A DNA stretch of 34,086 nucleotides. Source: Candidatus Methanophagales archaeon. GTDB lineage: Archaea; Halobacteriota; Syntropharchaeia; Alkanophagales; Methanospirareceae. The translations under genes and the position numbers were made by a program. Location of the stretch: positions 1 to 34,086 of the forward strand of contig JAPWVK010000159.1 of NCBI GenBank assembly GCA_029241965.1, in the 5' to 3' direction. The notes beneath the pieces are model-generated. The model saw only the letters and a program-made list of their open reading frames with translations, did no database searches and was not told the origin of the DNA. Positions 19,761 through 26,800 of the stretch are shown piece by piece. The number at the start of each line of letters is the position of its first letter. Within the stretch, counting starts at the first letter, position 1.

Positions 19761-20810
19761 TCATTTCTTCTTTCGCAACCAAAGGTATCCCATGAGTACG
19801 AGCAATCCTCCAGAAACGAGGGTCATTGTACTCCATTCAGGAATCGGGTAGCCCGGGTCCGTTCCGGGTGATGATATGTAGCTCCATGCCATACCGGTCT
19901 GCACCTTGTAGTCATAGCTCGTATTGTTGTTTGTCAGATTGAGTGCTAAAAACTTTCCTGCCGGCACAGTAAACGCTGCTGCGGTTGTTTCAAACGAGAA
20001 GACGCTTTTGCTGCCGTTTCCAGTCAGTGTTGCCTGTGGTCCTCCGGCAGTAAAATTGGTGCCACCCGAAGAATTACCTATCTCAACCTTGAATGTATCT
20101 CCGTCTGCCGGTGCCGCGACAAACGTTATCTGCCCTGTCCAATTGTTGCCATTCACTGGAAAGGTAACGTCTGTCTGCGCCGCTGAATCCGCAACCCAGA
20201 TATGAGAGTCGCTGTGGTTTATGGTAATATTACCCTGTGGTTTGGTCTGGTTTCCCTTGTACATCTCGCTGTCGTTGTGCAGATACCAGGACTGTGTGCC
20301 GCTGACAGTAAAAGTCCCATTCTTTGGGGGGGCAGATCCTATTCTATAACCGCTTACATCTGAGAAGCTTATATTTACATACGTAAAGTTCATAGTACTT
20401 GTTTCACCCCGAGTTCCAATAACGCTGAAGTTGAGTAGAGCGACAGAACCACTTGACCCATTTGATATGTTATATTCGGCAGCTCCCGTCATGTAAACAC
20501 GAGTACCCCATGTAACGCTGTTGTTATAGTCGAAATTATTCCAACTAGACGTTAAATTACCTTTTAAAACGTCTGTAACGTTTATGACATTTTTGTCATA
20601 CACAATATTAAATATTATTCCCAAAAGTGGACCGTTGCTAACATTTGTAATGTTCACCGGCACAATCACCGAAGTCCCATGTGCGCCACTCGCATCGTCC
20701 ACACCAAAACTTTCCGCAGTAGGATCTTGTGCTGAAACAGGCATCGCCATTACAAGTACTGACAACAGCACGATTGCACTTAGTCCATGCACCCATCTAT
20801 TTCTATTCAT
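19761..20810 (-). CDS. cohesin-domain surface protein with a second beta domain and a C-terminal sorting/anchor signal
   Basis: 349 aa with a signal peptide. The cohesin-like domain has GTSVIVPVNITNVSNGPLLGIIFNIVYDKNVINVTDV...GSVALLNFSV. The C-terminus is PIPEWSTMTLVSGGLLVLMGYLWLRKKK: a motif, a TM helix and a basic tail, resembling PEF/PGF-CTERM archaeosortase-type signals (inference). Confidence 0.75.
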   Translation of the reverse strand: MNRNRWVHGLSAIVLLSVLVMAMPVSAQDPTAESFGVDDASGAHGTSVIVPVNITNVSNGPLLGIIFNIVYDKNVINVTDVLKGNLTSSWNNFDYNNSVTWGTRVYMTGAAEYNISNGSSGSVALLNFSVIGTRGETSTMNFTYVNISFSDVSGYRIGSAPPKNGTFTVSGTQSWYLHNDSEMYKGNQTKPQGNITINHSDSHIWVADSAAQTDVTFPVNGNNWTGQITFVAAPADGDTFKVEIGNSSGGTNFTAGGPQATLTGNGSKSVFSFETTAAAFTVPAGKFLALNLTNNNTSYDYKVQTGMAWSYISSPGTDPGYPIPEWSTMTLVSGGLLVLMGYLWLRKKK

Positions 20811-21084
20811 TTTTCTGGCTTCGGGGCAAAAATATATCTTTCCCCCCCTTTTTTCTAACCGCTTATCCCTTTCGCTTTTATTCTATATGCACTGTACCAT
20901 ATATAAAGTTGTATGTGGAGTGTTCCCTATATAAAGCTATACCTATGTGGAAACTATGGTGTGTGAACAGGCAGAAGCACAGGAGAATATGCGAATACGC
21001 TCTTTCGGTTGCAATAAAGTCCAATTTGGGTAATCTGTGCGATCCGTAGTTGACTATTATCCAGAGCACATTCGTCTCGCTTCA

Positions 21085-21714
21085 TCATGTCAATATGATT
21101 TCGCCCAATACCGCCCGGTTCATCAACACTAAATCGCCGGCATCTGCTATCCTATCGTTATGGTTCAAGTCCCACCGCCAATCTCCCGGTATTTCCCATA
21201 ACACCGCTCGGTTCATCAACACTAAATCGCCGGCATCTGCTGACTTCCCCTCATTGTTCAAATCGCCTACCAGCCAAAGCGATAGATTCGTGGTCTCATT
21301 GGCAGTTGCATTTACTTCAGTTGAGTTATCCCAATACCTTGTTTTCGAGGCGTTTACGTAATAATCGCCGGCATTAACGTTTGTAAAGTTGTAATAGCCC
21401 GTTCCGTTCGTGTGTGTTGAACTTACGACATTCATAGTGGTCGCGTTCGTCAAATTTACCGATACATTTGGCATCCCGATAGTAGTATTATTACTATATG
21501 TTATCTGCCCTGTTATAATTACGGGTGCGGGCAGCACCGTTACGTACTGTACTGCAGCAAACACGAGTGAGGGAAGCAGCGCTAATACCACTAAAATCAA
21601 TATGATCATCTCCTTCTTTCTATTACTCTGTTCCATCTTTTTAAATGCTCTTTTTTTGTTAGAATTTGCTTCAAAATCCAAAGCCGCACTAATCGCATTC
21701 ATTCTTCCCAGCAT
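21085..21714 (-). CDS. dockerin-containing secreted protein with a CarboxypepD_reg-like beta-sandwich domain
   Basis: The C-terminus carries a duplicated dockerin segment: GDLNNEGKSADAGDLVLMNRAVLWEI and WDLNHNDRIADAGDLVLMNRAVLGEI. The DNA duplication is visible at 21100-21250. The middle region GQITYSNNT...TNGTGYYNFTNVNAGDYYVNASK resembles a carboxypeptidase-regulatory-like fold. The internal Met at 21636 gives a cleaner signal peptide (MEQSNRKKEMIILILVVLALLPSLVFA). Confidence 0.75.
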   Translation of the reverse strand: MLGRMNAISAALDFEANSNKKRAFKKMEQSNRKKEMIILILVVLALLPSLVFAAVQYVTVLPAPVIITGQITYSNNTTIGMPNVSVNLTNATTMNVVSSTHTNGTGYYNFTNVNAGDYYVNASKTRYWDNSTEVNATANETTNLSLWLVGDLNNEGKSADAGDLVLMNRAVLWEIPGDWRWDLNHNDRIADAGDLVLMNRAVLGEIILT

Positions 21715-22136
21715 AGTTTAACCTTCTCCCCCTTTAAAAAGTTAGCATCGAAGAGGTCTAAACCATTGACCCTGCCTAAGATTGGCGGAACATCATTTGA
21801 ATCTGAAATTGCCACTGGTAACTCGAATTCTTTACCGTTGAGTCTAAATTTGAGTTGGTGAATGTAAACGATTAGTTTTGCGTACGGAACAATCCCTCTT
21901 GTGACATCTTCAATTAATAAGTCGCCGACATCTCTTGGTAGGACCGATATATCAGCACCAGTATCTGCTAATGCATTCTCTATTTTTATCCATTCTAAAG
22001 TATCGCCTTTTATTTCAACTTCAATCAGAGGTCTTAATACCTTCCCAAAAATTCCACTTTCTTTTTCCGTGTACTCAAAAACTTTCTCGGGCATTTGAAC
22101 ACCTAAGCTATTAAAATTCCTGCTGGTGGCTCCCAT
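21699..22136 (-). CDS. retropepsin-like (clan AA) aspartic protease
   Basis: 145 aa with an ALADTGADISVLP active-site motif and a C-terminal ILGRVNGLD flap/dimer-type segment. It is a full-length paralog of the truncated 6445..6696. Confidence 0.65.
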   Translation of the reverse strand: MGATSRNFNSLGVQMPEKVFEYTEKESGIFGKVLRPLIEVEIKGDTLEWIKIENALADTGADISVLPRDVGDLLIEDVTRGIVPYAKLIVYIHQLKFRLNGKEFELPVAISDSNDVPPILGRVNGLDLFDANFLKGEKVKLCWEE

Positions 22137-22258
22137 CTAATAGATAATTTTTTGTTGGGATATTTCACCTTTGCTCGTTTCCACATCTCTTTTAAATTCC
22201 TACCTTCTAAAATTGGTTTTCCATCAGCCAATACAAAGTATTCATACATTTTTTCCAT
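22103..22258 (-). CDS. small (51 aa) ORF upstream of and overlapping the retropepsin-like gene (DUF5678-like pattern)
   Basis: Hand translation gives MEKMYEYFVLADGKPILEGRNLKEMWKRAKVKYPNKKLSIRWEPPAGILIA, with ATG at 22258 and TAG at 22103-22105. It is below the 60-aa cutoff of the ORF track. It overlaps the downstream start by 34 nt. The family assignment is from memory. Confidence 0.35.
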   Translation of the reverse strand: MEKMYEYFVLADGKPILEGRNLKEMWKRAKVKYPNKKLSIRWEPPAGILIA

Positions 22259-22343
22259 TTTTCATCACCCCATAATTTATTTCTTCTTTATTCTTTTTAT
22301 AATTTTCACTATTCTTCTTCTCGCTCAATCAAGCGTTATATTG

Positions 22344-23801
22344 TTATACCGCTTCTCCCAACACCGACACCGTGGATGTGTCCGTTCCCGACCCTTTCAG
22401 CTCGTATGCCAGATACAAGTCATTGTAAGTTCCTACGGATACTGTTACCCCTGTATCTTTATAGCTACCCCATGACTTTAGAGTAGTCCAGCTACTGACC
22501 GCCCAGGGGCTCGTGTCATCTACGGTTACATTACAGAAATGAACCGGATAACTCTCTATGGCTGAAGACGTATTTGCATCCCTGACGAAGCATGCTAGCG
22601 TTATTGTCTCCCCTACGGTGTAACTATTTTCGTCAGGAGGCAAATCCCATGTTACGTTTGACCAGCCCCACTTAACCACCGACTCATTCTGATAAGAGCT
22701 GTTAGAATTAGATGCATTGTCATAAGTTGTTTCGGTAATATTGTATTCTCCGTCCTCAGGGACGGACAAAGTAACGACAAAAGTTCCATTTGTGGCGTTT
22801 GTAGTTGAATTGACTATCTTTCCTTCGTAAGGCACTTTGTCTATTTTCTTGATGATTACAGGTTTATTATTCTCATCAAGGGCGACCAAAATTCTTCCAT
22901 CCGAAATCTTCTGGTAGATGTTTTCTATCCTTATAAGAGAGAATTTATTTATATACCCGTTGCCAATATTATCAGTGGTGGTAGAAATGTCGGAAGTCGA
23001 AATCAGGTTTAAAGTTCCCACGGGATTGAAGGAAGAGATGGAAGAGCTTCCGGGAATGGAAGAGATGGTTGTAGAATTCATAAGGCTGAAGATTTTCGAG
23101 CATGAATTGAAGAAGTCTAAGGAATTACAGAGGTTCATATTTGAGTCGTTGTCCGCAAAGAGCAAATTGACGCTGGCAGATGCTATTGAACTTGGGGCGA
23201 AAATGAAGGAAGGAATGCTTGAAGAGCTCAAAGAGAAGGGATTACTGTAGATGAGACTGGTTGTGGATGCAAATGAGCTGTTCGCGGGGATAATCGCTAA
23301 AGGTAAGGAATTACAGAGTTGGACGCTGGACATATTATTTTCAGATGAAGTTGAATTGTTCGCACCTTTCATATTGCTTGCCGAATTGGAGAAGAACAGG
23401 GATGAGATAAGGGAAAAGTCAGGATTTTCCCTGAGGGATTTTGATGTGTTCGTTGGCATCCTCAAGTTAAGAGTCGGATTTATCCCTCTGGAGCGGTTTT
23501 TAGCTAAGATTCCGGAGGCTAAGGAGTTGGCACCGCATTTAAAAGATGTCGAATATTTCGCATAAGCATTGAAACTTGATTGCCCAATCTGGACGCAAGA
23601 AAAAGCGTTCAAAAAACAATCTGTAGTCAAGGTGTTCTCAACTCTTGATTTGTTTTCGTTTTTATCCGAGACAGGCCCATAGCCCGCTAAAGAGGTTGAA
23701 GGATATTTTGGATTGACTGAAGTGTAAACCTTATGCTCTGGCGAAAACGTCAGAACTGTTTCGTATCTACTCAAATCCATAAATCTTATTTTTTGCTTCA
23801 T
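22344..23801 (-). CDS. orphan 3' fragment: decayed Hint unit (no Cys1, truncated block F/G) fused to a shortened copy of the giant protein's C-terminal domain; probably a remnant or silent cassette
   Basis: Its ATG overlaps the giant gene's stop (ATGA at 23798-23801). The N-terminus KQKIRFMDLSRYETVLTFSPEHKVY aligns with QKPIKYLEYDY...LLVSPEHKVY. The middle ~230 aa is a Ser-rich translation antisense to TA cassette c. The C-terminal ~190 aa aligns with the giant protein's C-terminus. The last ~100 nt are about 90% identical by eye to 23798-23895. Confidence 0.55.
   Translation of the reverse strand: MKQKIRFMDLSRYETVLTFSPEHKVYTSVNPKYPSTSLAGYGPVSDKNENKSRVENTLTTDCFLNAFSCVQIGQSSFNAYAKYSTSFKCGANSLASGILAKNRSRGINPTLNLRMPTNTSKSLRENPDFSLISSLFFSNSASNMKGANNSTSSENNMSSVQLCNSLPLAIIPANSSFASTTSLIYSNPFSLSSSSIPSFIFAPSSIASASVNLLFADNDSNMNLCNSLDFFNSCSKIFSLMNSTTISSIPGSSSISSFNPVGTLNLISTSDISTTTDNIGNGYINKFSLIRIENIYQKISDGRILVALDENNKPVIIKKIDKVPYEGKIVNSTTNATNGTFVVTLSVPEDGEYNITETTYDNASNSNSSYQNESVVKWGWSNVTWDLPPDENSYTVGETITLACFVRDANTSSAIESYPVHFCNVTVDDTSPWAVSSWTTLKSWGSYKDTGVTVSVGTYNDLYLAYELKGSGTDTSTVSVLGEAV
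22987..23250 (+). CDS. small antitoxin-like protein, cassette c (antisense inside 22344..23801)
   Basis: Starts MSEVEIRFKVPTGLKEEMEEL and ends ...GAKMKEGMLEELKEKGLL. Layout and length match the antitoxins of cassettes a and b. Its stop abuts the PIN start (TAG-ATG). An AT-rich TATA-like ATTTATTTATATA lies about 35-45 nt upstream. Confidence 0.6.
   Translation: MSEVEIRFKVPTGLKEEMEELPGMEEMVVEFIRLKIFEHELKKSKELQRFIFESLSAKSKLTLADAIELGAKMKEGMLEELKEKGLL
23251..23682 (+). pseudogene. PIN-domain (VapC-like) toxin, cassette c, interrupted by an in-frame TAA at 23563-23565
   Basis: Starts MRLVVDANELFAGII.... It reads ...APHLKDVEYFA-stop-ALKLDCPIWTQEKAF...SETGP, compared with cassette b ...SPDPNDVDFFALALKLNCPLWSEDKLL...SLISP. 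The stop replaces a Leu (TTA to TAA). Homology continues in frame to TAG at 23680-23682. Confidence 0.6.
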
Positions 23802-26800
23802 ACCGCTTCTCCCAACACCGACACCGTGGATGTGCCCGTTCCCGACCCTTTCAGCTCGTATGCCAGATACAAGTCTTTGTGTGTTCCTTTGGATACTCTT
23901 ACCCCTGTATCTTTATAGCTACCCCAAGATTTTAGACTAATCCAGCTACCAACAGCCCCGGGGCTCGTGTCATTTGCGGTTACGTTAAACTTCTCGTCAT
24001 TTATTATTGTTGACCAACCGTTCACCTCTTCTACCTTCAGCCAGATCTTGTATTCAGTCGAAGAAGAAGGATTGTAAATTGTAACTACTGGTGAGTTACT
24101 GGTCACATTTTGCGGGTTGCCGCTGCCGTCCGCATTATTGTGTGGGTCAACTACTGTGGCACCAGTTGCACCCGAGAAGTTAATGGAACTGATACTCTGC
24201 GAAGCAGTTTGATTTCTGATTTCAAGTGTCGTTGCGTATGACAACTCTATGGATGTATTGGCTTCATCATCCGCAGTGACGTTATAAAACAGCGTGGCAT
24301 TATCCGTGATATTACATTTTGGATAGTACCATCCTACTGCCACGCCTGATGTATCCCAATCCAGGACGGCATATCCGCTGCTATTCGTGTAATTCAGACC
24401 AAGGTATGTCACGGTAGAGTCAGTCTTGTTATAAAAACGAACCGGATAATTCTCTATGCCCGATGAGGTATTGACATCGCGGACAAGGCATGTTAGCGTT
24501 ATTATCGCACCTGATTCGTAACTACTTCCGCCGGAAGGCGAGCCCCACGTTACGTTTGACCAACCCATCTTAAACACCGATTGATTTTGATACGAGATAT
24601 TATAATTCGATGCGTTATCATACATCTCTACCGACACGTTGTATTTCCCCTTAGCAGCACTTGAATTTAGATAAAAACTCGCATTTACATACGAATTTGG
24701 TGTGTAAGCAGTATCCGACGACGAATTGATGGTCGCAGTAGCGTTGTATATCGTGACCGTGTAGTTCTTTGGATTATCCTCCGTGTACGAGAAGTTGACA
24801 TAAAACTGCTCGCCGCCCTTCTTGTAGATTGGAACGGAAGTTGTAGGCACGTCTATCGTGATAGTCGGTGATTGCGAATCTATGGTGAAGTTCGTACCGA
24901 GCCACGTCTCTGACGTCTCGCCCTCATCGTCTGTTGCCACGCAATGCAACGTATAGAGTCCGGGACTATAATTGGATGCGTTGAACGCTATATCGGCAAT
25001 CCCGCCAGCGGCATCCGCTTCGGTAAAAGTATTGTTTACTATCGAAATAAATGTCTGGTTCGGATAGCACAAAGTCAGATTATGAACCACTGTGCCGCCG
25101 TCCGGATCGGTCGCAACCCCAACACCAATATCGAATATACCGTCATAGCTACCATTCATATCATAGTCCTTTACACCACTGATATTGAAATACCTAATGT
25201 GCGGGACGGTAGGTGGATAGTGCACCAATCTGATGTCGTTTGTAAGCAGCGTTGAATTGCTCCAACTACCCGATGCGTTTGCTGCATACAGCTTCATCTG
25301 GTGCTGCATACCACTTTTAGAGTAGTCGAAAAATAACTTCGGCGTCCATGCCGCCTGCAAAAATGACGAGCCATCATTGGTACTCGTCCATGCAACGTTT
25401 GTTTGCGCAAACGATATGTTCATACCGCTCGTACCATCTACATACGCCAGGCGGTACTCATTGCTTGTAGCTGTCGGAGATCGGAAGTATATGTATCCAT
25501 GCGGTGTTGTGTTTACGTCAGAACCTATAACCCTGCTATTGTTCACACCAATCGTAAAGGTCACGAACGAACTGTTGTACGGCTCGTACGTGTAATCATC
25601 TACTGTTGTGCCAGTGTACGAAGTCAAGTAAGTATAATATGGACTTTCGAGTGGCTTACCGCCAGTGATGTTATACGAGTCGTTTAGGTAGTAAATATCA
25701 AGATTGTTCGATGCTCCCAGATCGGTTGCCTCGAAAGCGATATGTATTTTATAGTCCGAAGAACCTTTAATTGCTTCAGTGTCCCAGAACTTGACCAGAG
25801 CAGCACGGTATCCTGTTGAGCCCTGTTTATAGATGTCATAATATTTGCTAATCTCTTTCTGCATCCGCGTCCTATCTAAGTAATACATGTTCTCAAATAC
25901 AGTATTCTCAACCGTGCCATTCCAGTGCACATACGAGTGCGTGTCATTTACCTTTTGGATAGTAAGCCGGGAAGTGTTTTCATCCGCGCCCGCCCATTTC
26001 CAGACGTTGCCCTCTGTGATGGTGGCATTATCCTCAAAGTTCAAGCGCTGTATTGTAGCATTCCGGTTATCGGCACGTAGAATCTGCTCGTTGCATAAAG
26101 CCCATACCGCAGATTTGTTGTTGCTCGGAACACGGAGTGACCAGTTATAACTATCGAGCACCGAGTCCCAGAGCGTCCAGACGAGCGATACGCTGCTGTT
26201 ATTGAGTGTATGTGTAGCATCCGTAGTAACCAACCAGGTTACGTTGAATGCACCGGTCGAGTTCTCGTAAATCGTAGCCGGCTCCTGCGAGATGAGTTCA
26301 AATGTCGGACAGCCCGCCTGATTGTATGCATAATCGACGTCACCACCAAATCGAAACTCTAATGCGTGTTTGCCCGAAGTTAAAACCTTACTTGTTTCGT
26401 AGCTGGTTTCGTTACAGGAATAATTGTGTATGAATAAGGAATTGTTTCGCCATTGATAATCCAGTGTGCGATTGCCGCATTTCAGGGCAAGCAATTGCAG
26501 GTCATAGTTTGAGTTGCCGCACCAGACAGGCGTTGAGTTTTTACGCCGTATTAAAAGTATGCGGTTCGGGACGGTAACAGAGTAAATCTTGCCGTTATAA
26601 GGGACTTCTTCGATTTTTTTTACTGCTACGGGATTCTGTTCGGAATCGAGGAATACTAACTGTTTGTCGGGTAGCTCGTGGAGTTCCGAGATTTTTAGCA
26701 ATGAATAGGTATTTAAACCGTTCGGATTTATAGTATTAGTGATGACGGTTTCTTTTTCATTCACGGTCACAGGCATCGAGAAGTTATTTAAATACAGCAA

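Noticed and set aside
19924-21049. Plus-strand ORFs 19924..20205, 20584..20934 and 20729..21049, and the minus-strand ORF 20878..21069
   Set aside because: The first two are antisense to the cohesin gene. The others lie in AT-rich intergenic DNA and have no motif or coding-like composition.
24944-26150. Plus-strand ORFs 24944..25255, 25377..25687 and 25887..26150 inside the giant gene, checked as possible further antisense cargo
   Set aside because: They have no PIN or antitoxin motifs, no paired operon layout, no upstream TATA/SD signal and no flanking Hint blocks. The minus-strand translation here is ordinary beta-rich extein sequence, not a low-complexity linker.
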